64,000 bases of DNA from an uncultured Acidimicrobiaceae bacterium (GTDB taxonomy: Bacteria; Actinomycetota; Acidimicrobiia; Acidimicrobiales; RAAP-2), in contig CAWACN010000023.1 in the NCBI GenBank assembly GCA_963780525.1, positions 136 to 64,135 on the forward strand. Direction: 5' to 3'. The position numbers and the translations under genes were made by a program. The notes beneath the pieces were generated by a model. It was not told where the DNA came from. It did no database searches and saw only the letters and a list, made by a program, of their open reading frames with translations. The first letter of the stretch is position 1. Each line of letters begins with the position of its first letter. Positions 18,765 through 28,692 of this stretch are shown here, piece by piece.

Positions 18765-19916
18765 TCACGGCTCCACCATCTTGCGCACCCGGGTCATGGC
18801 GAGGCCGCCGGCCACCACGGCGATCACCAACAGAACGACGAAGGGGCCGATGATGCTGCTCGCCGGCTCACGAAGCTGGTCGAGTCGGCCGAACCCGACC
18901 AGCGCCCAGCCGTTCGGCGTGCCGAGGGCCAGCACCTGGAAGGCGTCGGGCAGCGAGCCGGACGGCAACAGGTTGCCGCCGACCAGCGCCAGGAAGAGGC
19001 CGACGAGCAACGTGATCCCGAAGGCCTGCTGCTCGGTCTTGGCCAGCGACGTGAGGAAGACGCCGATGCCGCACATGGCCGCCGTGGTGGCGATGGCCAA
19101 CAAGAGCACCCCGAGCAAGTTGCCCCAGTCGGCGCCGAAGCCGTAGGTCGTCACGGCCCAGATCACGAAGATCGTCGCCATGCCGGTGAGGAAGATCGCC
19201 AACAGCTTGCCGAGGACGATCTGGGTCGGCCGCACCGGTGCCGCCGTGATCCGGGCCAGCGTGCCGGCCGACCGCTCCATCAACAGGGAGCGCATGCCGA
19301 GACCGCTCCCGATGAAGAGGAACACGACCGCGATGTTGGGGGCGAAGAAGTTCAGGTTGACTTTGCCGCCGTGACCGACGTCCTGACTGTCGATCGAAAC
19401 CGACGCCCTTGTCGGAGCAGCAGTGAGCGACGACACCGACACGTGCTCGTGGGGGATCCGGCTGGCGTACATGACGCTCGAGATCCCGGCCGCCACCGAC
19501 TCGGCGTACTCCTCCCCCAACGGTGACGTGCCCTTGGTGACCACGTCGAAGCCGGGAGTGTGCGTCGCGCCCGGGTCGACGATGGGGACGAGCAGGCTGT
19601 GGAGGCGCAGCTGCGACGGCAGGACGGCCACGCCGCCGTCGAGGGTGCCGTTCGCCACCGCGTCCTTGACCGACTGCTGGCTGGGCAACGTGGTGACGGT
19701 GACGTTCTTCGGGAGCTGACTGGCGGCCAGCGCAGACGACAGCATCTGGGGCGAGGCCCCTGCCACGCCGATGTGCACCGGCGCGACGTTGGCCCCGCCG
19801 GCGAAGGACAGTCCGAGGACGGCCGCCATGAGCAGCGGAGCCGCCAGGCACCCGATGAGGACGGAGCGATCGCGCAGCCGGCGGTGGAGCTCGTTCCACG
19901 CGATGACGCGGATCAA
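18765..19916 (-). CDS. ABC-2 type transporter permease
   Basis: It begins IRVIAWNELHRRLRDRSVLIGCLAAPLLMAAVLG, followed by a large loop and then multiple TM helices. The TTG start at 19916 overlaps the ATPase stop (TTGA). The track fuses it to the ATPase ORF. Confidence 0.8.
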   Translation of the reverse strand: MIRVIAWNELHRRLRDRSVLIGCLAAPLLMAAVLGLSFAGGANVAPVHIGVAGASPQMLSSALAASQLPKNVTVTTLPSQQSVKDAVANGTLDGGVAVLPSQLRLHSLLVPIVDPGATHTPGFDVVTKGTSPLGEEYAESVAAGISSVMYASRIPHEHVSVSSLTAAPTRASVSIDSQDVGHGGKVNLNFFAPNIAVVFLFIGSGLGMRSLLMERSAGTLARITAAPVRPTQIVLGKLLAIFLTGMATIFVIWAVTTYGFGADWGNLLGVLLLAIATTAAMCGIGVFLTSLAKTEQQAFGITLLVGLFLALVGGNLLPSGSLPDAFQVLALGTPNGWALVGFGRLDQLREPASSIIGPFVVLLVIAVVAGGLAMTRVRKMVEP

Positions 19917-20843
19917 TCCCGGAGCTCTTTCCCCGTGAGGGTCAAGAAGACGTCCTCGAGGTTCGGCGTCCGCACCTCGACCCCCGTGAGTTCGACCCCG
20001 TGCTTGGTGGCGACGGCGACGACCGCGGAGAGGACGGCCGGCCCGTGGTCGGTGGTCAGCTCCAGACTGCCCTCGTGCTCGTGGACGTCGTGGACGTTGT
20101 GGAGCTCGAGGCAGGCGGCGGACAGCTGGGCGAACGAGAGCCGCGTCGCAGGACAGGTGGACCTTGTCCCGGCCGCCATGGGAGCCGATGAGCGACTCGG
20201 CCGTTCCCTCGGCAATGAGGCGCCCGTCGTCAATGATGCCGATGCGATCACAGAGGCGGGCCGCCTCCTCCATGTAGTGCGTCGTGTAGAGGACGGCGAT
20301 ACCGAGGCGCCCGACGGTCTCCAAAATTGCGTTGCGGCTCTGCGGGTCGACGCCGACGGTGGGCTCGTCGAGGACGAGCAGCTTGGGCCGATGAAGGAGG
20401 CCGGCCGCCATGTTGGCCCGCCGCTTCATGCCGCCCGAGTAGGTCCCGATACGGTCCTTGCCCCGGTCCGCCAGGCCGACCAGCTCGAGCGTCTCGCTGA
20501 TGCGGCCCTGCAGCTCCTTGCCGCCCAGGCCGTAGAGCTGGCCAAAGAAGGTCAGGTTCTCGACCGCCGAGAGGTCGGGGTACAGCGCGAGGTCCTGGGG
20601 GACGTAGCCCACGGCCGCCTTGGCTTCCAGGGTCCCGCCGGCGAAGCCGTCGACAGTCACTTCTCCGTGGTCAGGGATGATGAGACCGCACAACATGGAG
20701 ATGGTCGTGGTCTTCCCGGCGCCGTTCGGCCCGAGCAGGCCGTAACACTCGCCGGCCGCAATGGAGAAGGAGACGCCCTTGACGGCCTCCCGATCGCCGT
20801 AGCTCTTGCGCAGGCCCTCACAGCGCAACATTGATTGCTCCAT
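19913..20843 (-). pseudogene. ABC transporter ATP-binding protein, apparent +1 frameshift near 20144-20160
   Basis: Walker A GPNGAGKTT, signature YSGGMKRR and Walker B LLVLDEPT are in the frame of ORF 18765..20843. After ...SHGGRDKVHL that frame turns Arg-rich. The genuine C-terminus RLSFAQLSAACLEL...RTPNLEDVFLTLTGKELRD is in ORF 19913..20251. Confidence 0.85.
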
Positions 20844-20859
20844 GCACCCTCCCGGAAGG

Positions 20860-20877
20860 AAAAGAGGACCCTCTTTT
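20860..20877. promoter_or_regulatory. 18-bp palindrome AAAAGAGG-AC-CCTCTTTT (AAAGAG-N4-CTCTTT box)
   Basis: It has perfect 8-bp arms and lies 17-34 nt upstream of the ABC ATPase ATG (20843). A GGGAGGG Shine-Dalgarno sequence sits between the box and the start. Confidence 0.5.
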
Positions 20878-20931
20878 TTGCACCCTAGCAGAGTGGATCC
20901 GCAGGCTCAGGTCGGAACCAGCGTCTCAGGT

Positions 20932-21008
20932 GACAGCAGAATCTCGAGGTCAGGCCACCCGACGGCGGATGGTCGACCTCGACAAAGAGTGTGATGAATT
21001 CTGCTGTC
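20932..21008. terminator. long nested inverted repeat (candidate terminator or structured RNA)
   Basis: The outer arms are GACAGCAGAAT (20932-20942) and ATTCTGCTGTC (20998-21008). The inner arms are TCGAGGTC (20944-20951) and GACCTCGA (20975-20982). It lies 37 nt downstream of the hydrolase stop on the minus strand, with no U-tract. Confidence 0.35.
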
Positions 21009-21044
21009 GAGCCGGGGTCATGCCCCGCCCACGCTCCTTTCCGC

Positions 21045-22484
21045 TCATCCGTCGGCGAGGCGGAGCGGGAACGAGTGCGCGGCCACCGCCAGGATCTCTA
21101 TGCGGTCCTCCTCGAGGAGGAAGCCGGCGGCGATGGCTGCATCGAGCGAGGCACCGAAGCGATCGAGGTACTCATCCTCGCCTCCGGTATAGAGCTTCGA
21201 CAAGGTGCCCTCGTCGAAAGGCTCGGTGCGTCCGAACAACATGGCGAAGGTCTCGCCGGACTGCCCCAGCCCGCTCATGACGGCTGTCGGCACGTCTACC
21301 CACGGGGTGCGGATCCCACCCTTGGCGATCCCGTGCTCGTCGAGGACGTAATCGGTCCGGTCGCCGTTGAGTTCGAGGGAAGGAGCCGATGGCGGCGCAT
21401 CACCACCGGCGGACCAGCGCACCAGGTGAGCCAGTGCCGCCTGCGCCACGTAATGCTGCTGGGGCCCGGCGTTGATTGGCGTGTCCGTCTGGCCGATCAG
21501 CAGGTCCCTCGTCGGACGCAGCAGCTCGGCCATGCGCTGGGCGGACAAGGTGCCGTCGTCGTGTCGCCCCGCGCTGACCGTGTAGGTGTCGGCATGCGCT
21601 GCGCCGGCCATCTCCCACACGCGCAGGCGATCCGTATCGGGTTGCTCGGCCAAGCCTCCACCGAGCAGGACGACGTCGGTCTCGCTCTGCAAGGTCAACA
21701 CCGGCACGCGGGCGTCGTCGCGGATCCGCTCACCCTGCGACGAAATCGCCACGCGTGTCGCCTCCATGCCCAACCGCGCCGACGCCGGGATGAACACGCC
21801 GTCGATGGAGACGCCCGACGCCGGCCGGCCGTGGACGAAGAACCCGTCGAAGAGCTGCGCATGAGGATCGATGGCGTTGATGTAGGTCACCAGGCACGCA
21901 GCGGACTGGGACTCACCCGCAGCCAGGATCTGCGATGGCTTTAGCCCACCGAGCGGGTTCTCGTCGCTCGGCAGCTGCAACAACCGGCCCACCTGCGTGA
22001 AGATGTCAAAGGACCAGGCGTCGCCGGGATGCTCGAGGTCGCCGTAGCGCTCGGGGTCCAGCAGCTTGAGATGGATGCTCTCGACGAAGCCACCCCCGTC
22101 GATGCCGACCTTCTGCGCCGAAACGCCGACCCAGGCGTGCCCCGCCGCGGCCAGCGAACGATGGAAGAAGCCCCAGTCGGGTGCGGCGTCGATACCAGCC
22201 GAGACGTTGTGCCACTCCACGACGACGGTCCCGCTGAACCGCAGCGGGCCCGACGGTTTCCGCACGACGATGCGGGTACGAAAGGGGGCCTCTGGGCCAG
22301 TCGTCACGTCCCACCGTCCGTCGGCGCCGCGTTCCCCCTGCAGCTCGTACGAGACGGCGGTTCCCTCGAAGCTGAACTCGGTCTCTTCGTACCCGAGCGT
22401 GGCCAGGTCGTAGTCCCGCATCACGTCGGGTGCCGCGCCCGGCATCTCGCGAAACGCTGTCTCTCGTGTGCTGGCCACGGTCAT
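21045..22484 (-). CDS. alpha/beta hydrolase domain protein
   Basis: 479 aa with a nucleophile-elbow-like AAGESQSAAC and normal composition. The subfamily is not certain. Confidence 0.75.
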   Translation of the reverse strand: MTVASTRETAFREMPGAAPDVMRDYDLATLGYEETEFSFEGTAVSYELQGERGADGRWDVTTGPEAPFRTRIVVRKPSGPLRFSGTVVVEWHNVSAGIDAAPDWGFFHRSLAAAGHAWVGVSAQKVGIDGGGFVESIHLKLLDPERYGDLEHPGDAWSFDIFTQVGRLLQLPSDENPLGGLKPSQILAAGESQSAACLVTYINAIDPHAQLFDGFFVHGRPASGVSIDGVFIPASARLGMEATRVAISSQGERIRDDARVPVLTLQSETDVVLLGGGLAEQPDTDRLRVWEMAGAAHADTYTVSAGRHDDGTLSAQRMAELLRPTRDLLIGQTDTPINAGPQQHYVAQAALAHLVRWSAGGDAPPSAPSLELNGDRTDYVLDEHGIAKGGIRTPWVDVPTAVMSGLGQSGETFAMLFGRTEPFDEGTLSKLYTGGEDEYLDRFGASLDAAIAAGFLLEEDRIEILAVAAHSFPLRLADG

Positions 22485-22527
22485 CCTCCTGGTGGGAAGG
22501 CGGGGGATCGACTCGATCCACCCGCCT

Positions 22528-22543
22528 ATTGGGGATACTCTTT
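22528..22543. promoter_or_regulatory. half-conserved box ATTGGGGATACTCTTT
   Basis: It shares the 11-mer GGATACTCTTT with the 32482 and 28556 boxes. It lies between the divergent hydrolase (22484) and thiolase (22605) genes. Confidence 0.4.
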
Positions 22544-22604
22544 ATCGCCGGTCGGCGCGACCGGCGACGACCCCGCACGGAGCGGAGAGGGACGAGGATA
22601 GGAC

Positions 22605-23843
22605 GTGACTGAGGCCTGGATCATCGACGCCTGCCGGACGCCGCGTGGCATCGGCAAGGTGGGGAAGGGCGCACTGGCGGAGATCCATCCCCAGGTCCTC
22701 GGCGCCACCGTCCTCCGAGCGCTCGCCAAACGAACGGGCCTCGACACCGGCGACGTCGACGACATCGTCTGGGGCACCTCGAATCAAGCCGGGACCCAAG
22801 GCGGCGACCTGGGCCGCATGGCCGCGCTCGACGCGGGCTACGCCACGACCGCCAGCGGCGTCACCTTGGACCGCTTCTGCGGGTCGGGCATCTCCTCGGT
22901 CAACTTCGCCGCTGCGTCGGTCATGTCCGGGATGGAAGACGTGGTCGTTGCCGGTGGCACCGAAATGATGTCCTCCTACGGCGCCAACGCGTTGAAGTCG
23001 CGGTCACCATTTCTCGACGGCGGCAACGAGCACCTCCGGGCCATCCACCCTCAGACCAATCAGGGCGTGGCTGCCGACGCCATCGCCACGCTGGAGGGCA
23101 TCGATCGCCGCGCCGTGGACGAGTTGGCCGCGGAGTCACAGCGTCGGGCCGAGATCGCGATCAAGGAGGGGCGCTTCGACCGGTCCCTCGTGACGGTGCA
23201 CCACCTCGACGGTTCCGTCGCACTGGACCGTGAGGAGTATCCGCGCCCGGGTACGACGGCCGACTCGCTGGCCTCGTTGCCTGCGTCGTTCGAGTCGCTG
23301 GCGGACTACCAGCTCGACGAGGCGGGGACGACCTACCGCTCCCTGGTCCTGCAGAAGTTCCCCGGCCTCGAGATCACGCACGTTCACCACGCCGGGAACT
23401 CTTCAGGTGTCGTCGACGGGGCCGCCGCCATCCTGATGACAACTCCCGCCTACGCATCTGCACACGGTCTGGCTCCCCGGGCGCGCATTGTCGCCACGGC
23501 CAACATGGGCGACGACCCGACGTTGATGCTCAATGCGCCGGTTCCGGCCACGAGGAAGGTGGTCGCCAAGGCCGGCATGTCGCTGGCCGACATCGACCTG
23601 TTCGAGGTCAACGAGGCCTTCGCCGTCGTGCCCGAGAAGTACATTCGCGACCTCGACATCGACCGCGAGAAGATCAACGTGAACGGCGGCGCAATCGCAC
23701 TGGGCCACCCCATCGGGGCAACGGGCTCTCTCCTGGTCGGGACCGCCCTCGATGAACTGGAACGCCGGGACAAGCAGGTTGCGCTCATCACCATGTGCGC
23801 CGGAGGCGGCATGGCGCCGGCGGTGATCATCGAACGGGTCTGA
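22605..23843 (+). CDS. acetyl-CoA C-acyltransferase (thiolase)
   Basis: The active-site regions LDRFCGSG, NVNGGAIALGHPIGATG and MCAGGGMA are present. The start is GTG. Confidence 0.92.
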   Translation: MTEAWIIDACRTPRGIGKVGKGALAEIHPQVLGATVLRALAKRTGLDTGDVDDIVWGTSNQAGTQGGDLGRMAALDAGYATTASGVTLDRFCGSGISSVNFAAASVMSGMEDVVVAGGTEMMSSYGANALKSRSPFLDGGNEHLRAIHPQTNQGVAADAIATLEGIDRRAVDELAAESQRRAEIAIKEGRFDRSLVTVHHLDGSVALDREEYPRPGTTADSLASLPASFESLADYQLDEAGTTYRSLVLQKFPGLEITHVHHAGNSSGVVDGAAAILMTTPAYASAHGLAPRARIVATANMGDDPTLMLNAPVPATRKVVAKAGMSLADIDLFEVNEAFAVVPEKYIRDLDIDREKINVNGGAIALGHPIGATGSLLVGTALDELERRDKQVALITMCAGGGMAPAVIIERV

Positions 23844-23892
23844 CTCCGGGAGCCGGTTGAGGGCGGCGTCGCGCCCGTGCTACGCATCACCC

Positions 23893-24858
23893 ATGTTCAC
23901 AATGCGCTTCTCCCAGCGGACCGCGACAGAGGATCCCGCCGCTCGCGCCGAACTCTATGCGGCGACCATCGACATGTGCGCCTGGGCCGAAGAGCATGGC
24001 GCGCTGGCGGCGATCCTGAGCCAGCACCACGCTGTCGACGACGGCTACCTCCCTTCGCCCGTCCCGCTGGCATCTGCCATCGCGGCGAGGACGAACACGT
24101 TGCCTATCAACGTGGCCGCGCTGCTCCTTGCGCTCTACGAGCCCGTCAAGCTCGCCGAGGACCTCGCCGTCGTCGACCTGATTAGCCGGGGTCGGGTTTC
24201 CTATGTCATCGGGATCGGCTACCGGGACGAGGAGTTCGACATGTTCGGCGTCGAGCGCCGGGGCCGGGGCCATCTCGTTGAGGAGCGCATCGGGCTGCTG
24301 CAGCGCCTGTGGTCCGGAGAGCAAATCGACCTCGACGGACGCTCAGTGCGGGTGAGACCACTGCCCTTCACTCCGGGCGGCCCGATGTTGGCCTACGGCG
24401 GCGGCACCGAGGTGGCAGCCCGCCGAGCGGGCCGCCTCGGCCTGATGTTCTTGGCCGAGTCGCACGACACCACACTTGAAGAGGCCTACCGCGCCGAGGG
24501 CGGGGACAGCGCGCCGGGATGCTTCTTCGCGCCGCGCGGCGTCCCGAACACCGTCTTCGTCGCTGACGACCCCGAACGGGCCTGGGCGGAAATCGGTGAG
24601 TACCTGCTCCTCGACGCCGTCAGCTACTCACAGTGGAACGCCCACCGTGAGGGCACCGTTTCGATTTCGCGCGCGCCGAGCGTCGCCGCCCTCGCCGCCG
24701 AAAAAGGGGCGTACCAGATCATCACCCCGTCCGAGGCCCGGAACCTCGTGGCTGCCGGTAACCCGCTCGGGCTGCAGCCGCTCGTCGGCGGCATCCCGCG
24801 CGACCTTGCGTGGCCGTACCTCGAAGCAGCGGCGGCCGTGTCGGCGTCGCTCTCGTAG
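23893..24858 (+). CDS. LLM-class flavin-dependent oxidoreductase
   Basis: The sequence MFTMRFSQRTATEDPAARAELYAATIDMCAWAEEHGALAAILSQHH...VIGIGYRDEEF fits the family. I chose the ATG at 23893. Confidence 0.85.
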   Translation: MFTMRFSQRTATEDPAARAELYAATIDMCAWAEEHGALAAILSQHHAVDDGYLPSPVPLASAIAARTNTLPINVAALLLALYEPVKLAEDLAVVDLISRGRVSYVIGIGYRDEEFDMFGVERRGRGHLVEERIGLLQRLWSGEQIDLDGRSVRVRPLPFTPGGPMLAYGGGTEVAARRAGRLGLMFLAESHDTTLEEAYRAEGGDSAPGCFFAPRGVPNTVFVADDPERAWAEIGEYLLLDAVSYSQWNAHREGTVSISRAPSVAALAAEKGAYQIITPSEARNLVAAGNPLGLQPLVGGIPRDLAWPYLEAAAAVSASLS

Positions 24859-24877
24859 GAGCCGCTTCGAGGATTGG

Positions 24878-26101
24878 TCAGGCACCACCGGTCGTCTCGG
24901 CCACCGCGACGCCCGAGGTCACCAAGTCCTCTATTTCGGCGGACGGCAGGTTGAGCTCGGCCAGGATCTCGCGCGTGTGCTCCCCGACATGCGGGGCCCG
25001 GAAACGGGGCTGGGGCGGCTCGCCGTCGAAGTCGGCCGGCGTCGCCAGCATGGGCATGCTGCTCTGCTCGTCGGGGACCTCGACCACCGACTTGGCCGCT
25101 AGGAATTGCTTATCGGCGACCACGTCTTCGATTGAGTTGACCGGGCTCCAGAAGAGCTCCGGTTCGGCTTCGAAGGCCTCCGCCCACTCTTCGAGCGACC
25201 GGGAGGCGAAGATCTCGTCCAGGAGGGCGATCAGTACGCCGGCATTGATGGCGCGGGCGGTCAGCGTGGCAAAGCGTTCGTCGGTGAGCCACTCGGGATG
25301 ACCGACGGCTCGGGCCAAGGCGGGCCAATGGCGGTCACCCTCGAGTCCGACGATCCAGAAGGCACGCCCGTCCCCTGCCGTGTAGTTGTTGACGACCGGG
25401 CTATACATCGTCTCGCGCACGCCGATGCCCAGCGTCCTCCCCCACATGAGCATGATGTTGAGGTCGAAACCGATGGTGTAACAGCCTTGGCGTAGCAGGG
25501 AGGTCGAAACGACCTGACCCCGGCCGGTGCGCGTCTGCTCCACCAGGGCGGCGCTGATCATGGCGGCGCCCGTCATAGCGGCGGAATGGTCGCCCATGCC
25601 GCCCCGCTGGAAGGGCAGCGGACCGCCGGGGCCACGCAGGGACTCGGCGATGCCGGCCCTGGCCCAGAATGCAGCGACGTCGTAGGCGCCGCGGTCCGCC
25701 TCGGGGCCTTCCAAGCCGTAACCGGTGATGATGGCGTAGACGAGGCCGGGGTGGCGCTCGTGCACCTGGTCGGGACCGAGCCCGATGCGCTCCAGGGCAG
25801 CCGGACGCAGGTTGGTCAAGAAGACATCCGCTTCGGCCACCAGTTGATGCGCCAACGCCAAGCCGCGCTCGCTCGAGAGGTCGAGCGCAATGGCCCGCTT
25901 GCCCCGGTTGTCCAGCTCGAACACCGGGTTGGAGGGGAGATCACCGCCGAGAACGTTGAGGAACGTGCGGCACGGGTCACCTTCGGGCGGCTCGACTTTC
26001 ACGACGTCGGCACCCCAGTCGGCCAGGATCCCTCCGGCCCCCGGACCGGCGACCCAGACCCCGAGCTCGACCACCCGGATGCCGCTCAATGGCCCGCTCA
26101 T
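24878..26101 (-). CDS. family III CoA-transferase (CaiB/BaiF)
   Basis: It contains IRVVELGVWVAGPGAGGILADWGADVVKVEPPEGDP and ITGYGLEGPEADRGAYD. Confidence 0.9.
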   Translation of the reverse strand: MSGPLSGIRVVELGVWVAGPGAGGILADWGADVVKVEPPEGDPCRTFLNVLGGDLPSNPVFELDNRGKRAIALDLSSERGLALAHQLVAEADVFLTNLRPAALERIGLGPDQVHERHPGLVYAIITGYGLEGPEADRGAYDVAAFWARAGIAESLRGPGGPLPFQRGGMGDHSAAMTGAAMISAALVEQTRTGRGQVVSTSLLRQGCYTIGFDLNIMLMWGRTLGIGVRETMYSPVVNNYTAGDGRAFWIVGLEGDRHWPALARAVGHPEWLTDERFATLTARAINAGVLIALLDEIFASRSLEEWAEAFEAEPELFWSPVNSIEDVVADKQFLAAKSVVEVPDEQSSMPMLATPADFDGEPPQPRFRAPHVGEHTREILAELNLPSAEIEDLVTSGVAVAETTGGA

Positions 26102-26162
26102 GCGATTGCGGTGTTGTTACGAGGGACTGGCATAGAGACCGGCATGGACTCGGACAATAGGG

Positions 26163-27461
26163 CTAGTGAGCGCCGGCGGGCGTGCGCTTCACCGCCTTGC
26201 TCAAGTCAGATGACTTGACGACGCCGGTGACCTTCTCCTTGGGCTTGGTCGAACGCACCGACACGTCATGGCCTTCGGCCTGTGCCCGCAGGGCACCGAC
26301 CGTGCAGTTCTCGCGACCGCCGAGGGTCGAGAAGGGGTCGAACTCGAAGTGGCGCATGGCGTTGAGGTGCGTCATGCGATTGATGTCGTGGTCGCTGACG
26401 CCCTCGAGATAGAGGCCGAGCTCCTCGGGTGAGAACGGCCAGGTCGAGTCGGAGTGCGGGTAGTCGCACTCCCACATGACGTTGTCCATGTTCAAGAAGT
26501 CGCGACTGGCCACGCCGAAGCGATCGTCGATGAAGCACGTCAGCACGTGCTCGTCGAAGACCTCGCTGGGCAGCTTGTCCCCGAAGTCCTGGCCGGTCCA
26601 CGTGTGGTGCTGCTTGTACTGGTAGTCGATGCGCTCGAGGAAGTAGGGGATCCAGCCGATCCCACCCTCGGACAGCGCCACCCGCACGTCGGGGAAGCGG
26701 CGGAAGACCGAGGACCAGATCAGGTCCGTCGCCGCCTGCACAATGTTGATCGGGGTCAGCGTGATCAGGCAGTCAATGGGCGCGTCCGGCGAGGTGATGA
26801 CCATCTGCGAGGAGGACCCGATGTGCATGCACGCCACCACCCCCTCGTCGCTGCAGGCCTTCCACATCGGGTCCCAGTGGTCCGAGTGCAGGCTGGGCCA
26901 GCCCAGCTTGGAGGGGTTCTCGGAGAAGGTCACCGCATGGGCTCCCTTCGCCGCCGTCCGTCGGATCTCTGCCGCCAAGACCTCGGGATCCCAGATGGCG
27001 GGCAGGGCGAGCGGAATGAAGCGCCCGGGCTGCGAGCCGCACCACTCGTCGATGTGCCAGTCGTTGTAGGCCTGGAGCATGGCCAAGGCCACGTCCTTGT
27101 CCTCGGTCCTGGCGAACATCTGCCCGCAGAATTGCGGGAAGGAGGGAAAGCAGAGCGCACCCAACACGCCGTTTGCGTTCATGTCCTTGATGCGCTCGTT
27201 CACGTCGTAACAGCCGGGGCGGATGTCGTTGAAGGAGGTCGGCTCAATGCCGTACTCGTCCTTCGGCCTGCCCGCCACGGCATTCAGTGCGACGTTGCCG
27301 ACTTCCGTCCCTTCGTAGCTCCAGACGTTGGTGCCGTCCTCCTTGGTGAGGAATTGCGGGGCCAGATCGACGTACTTCTTGGGCAGGCGGTCCTTGAAGA
27401 GATCGGGTGGCTCGACCACGTGGTCGTCGACGCTGACCAGAACCATGTCGTTGATGTTCAC
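26163..27461 (-). CDS. amidohydrolase family protein (Amidohydro_2 / ACMSD-like)
   Basis: It contains VLVSVDDHVVEPPDLFKDRLP...HAVTFSENP...WECDYPHSDSTWP. The GTG at 27461 is preceded by GGGGGA; an ATG at 27446 is an alternative. The upstream part of track ORF 26163..27698 has poor codon bias. Confidence 0.88.
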   Translation of the reverse strand: MNINDMVLVSVDDHVVEPPDLFKDRLPKKYVDLAPQFLTKEDGTNVWSYEGTEVGNVALNAVAGRPKDEYGIEPTSFNDIRPGCYDVNERIKDMNANGVLGALCFPSFPQFCGQMFARTEDKDVALAMLQAYNDWHIDEWCGSQPGRFIPLALPAIWDPEVLAAEIRRTAAKGAHAVTFSENPSKLGWPSLHSDHWDPMWKACSDEGVVACMHIGSSSQMVITSPDAPIDCLITLTPINIVQAATDLIWSSVFRRFPDVRVALSEGGIGWIPYFLERIDYQYKQHHTWTGQDFGDKLPSEVFDEHVLTCFIDDRFGVASRDFLNMDNVMWECDYPHSDSTWPFSPEELGLYLEGVSDHDINRMTHLNAMRHFEFDPFSTLGGRENCTVGALRAQAEGHDVSVRSTKPKEKVTGVVKSSDLSKAVKRTPAGAH

Positions 27462-27665
27462 TTGTCCCCCTAGGAACCGTTGATCATTTTGCCCGTCTTG
27501 GCGATATCGGTCTGCATGTCGTGAAGCCGCAGGAGAGCAGACCCCGGGTCGCACCTGCGTTGACGTGATCAGTCTGGTACATATCGAACACCAACCGGAC
27601 GGCGAAGTGAAAGTCCTGCACGTCGAGGTCTGATGCGCTGCCGTGCCGCCGGGCAAGGTGATGAT

Positions 27666-27691
27666 CGTTTTCTGATGTACTGCAGAAAACG
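27666..27691 (-). terminator. hairpin CGTTTTCTG-N8-CAGAAAACG (terminator/attenuator or operator candidate)
   Basis: It has a 9-bp perfect stem and lies 56 nt downstream of the crotonase stop, inside a 285-bp non-coding spacer. There is no U-tract. Confidence 0.3.
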
Positions 27692-27746
27692 CTCGCAACT
27701 TTCAGAACGGGCGAGCCTCCCGCGCGTCGTGCTCACTTCGGGCGGG

Positions 27747-28524
27747 TCAGCGGTACTGCGTCTCCGACTTGTCCCTCGGCGCCGGCGGGTTCGGCGGGTA
27801 GTTGCCGATCAGCGTGTACGAGAAGCCGTTCTGCAGGGCGGCGGTCCGGGTCAGGTCGAGCGACTCCCAGATGGCCCGGATCGTTCCCTGAATGGCCTTG
27901 GGGTTGCGTCGCGCGATCGACAAGCGCGATCTCACGGGCCCGGTCGCGGAGGGCGTCGCGCGTCACGACTTCGGTGACGAGGCCGAGACGCAGCGCCGTC
28001 TCCGCGGTAATGCGTTCCTCGTTCCCCATCAATGCCCAGCGGAGCACATCGCCGAGCGGCACCCCGCGGTGGAGCATGCCGACCGGCTCGAGCGAACTCA
28101 CAATGCCGACGTTGGCATGGGGATCGAAGAACAGGGCGTCCTCGGAGCAGATGATGATGTCCGACTCGTTCAAGAAGTACTGGGCCCCCCCGGCGCAGAA
28201 CCCGTGAACGGCGGTCACCACCGGCTTCCACACCTTGTGGTGCAGCTTCGGGCTGAGGCTTTCGCCGGGGTCGAAGCTGTTCCAGGTGTTCTCCTTCATG
28301 AACCACAGGTCGCCGCCACCGATGTCGACGCCGGTGCAGAAGGCGCGGTCGCCGTTGGCCTGGAGCACGACGCAATAGATGTCGTCCGTCTCCCGGACGG
28401 TCTCCCAGGCCCACTGCATGTCGGCGGCCATGGCGTTGTTGAACGAGTTCAGGTTGTCCGGCCGGTTCAGCGTGATGGTCGCAATGTTGTCGGCAACCTC
28501 GAACAGGATGGTCTCGCGGTCCAT
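27747..28524 (-). pseudogene. enoyl-CoA hydratase/isomerase, apparent +1 frameshift at 27921-27924
   Basis: MDRETILFEVADNIATITLNRPDNLNSF...AFCTGVDI...GFCAGGAQYFLNESD runs to ...DRAREIAL in the frame of ORF 27733..29475. The C-terminus SIARRNPKAIQGTIRAIWESLDL... is in ORF 27747..27935. The junction reads gcg CTTG tcg. Confidence 0.8.
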
Positions 28525-28555
28525 GCATCCCCCTGGCGGAGTGGTCGGTAGGAAT

Positions 28556-28571
28556 AAAGAGTATCCTCTTT
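28556..28571. promoter_or_regulatory. 16-bp box AAAGAGTATCCTCTTT (reverse complement of AAAGAGGATACTCTTT)
   Basis: It has perfect 6-bp arms. It lies between the divergent crotonase (start 28524) and SDR (start 28693) genes. It shares a 14-mer with the box at 32482. Confidence 0.55.
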
Positions 28572-28692
28572 GTGCGCCGCGGCCCGGTTTGCGGCCGGGG
28601 CACGCGGCCGACAGCATCACACACGACCAATCGACTACAGACAAGCCGACGCCGCTGGCAGCCGGCGTCGGAACAATGGAGAGGAACACTTC

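Noticed and set aside
27462-27698. N-terminal 79-aa extension of the amidohydrolase ORF in the track.
   Set aside because: Codon bias is poor and the composition is Thr/Ser/Cys-rich. Homology-like sequence begins at VNINDMVLVSVDDH, directly after a GGGGGA ribosome-binding site.
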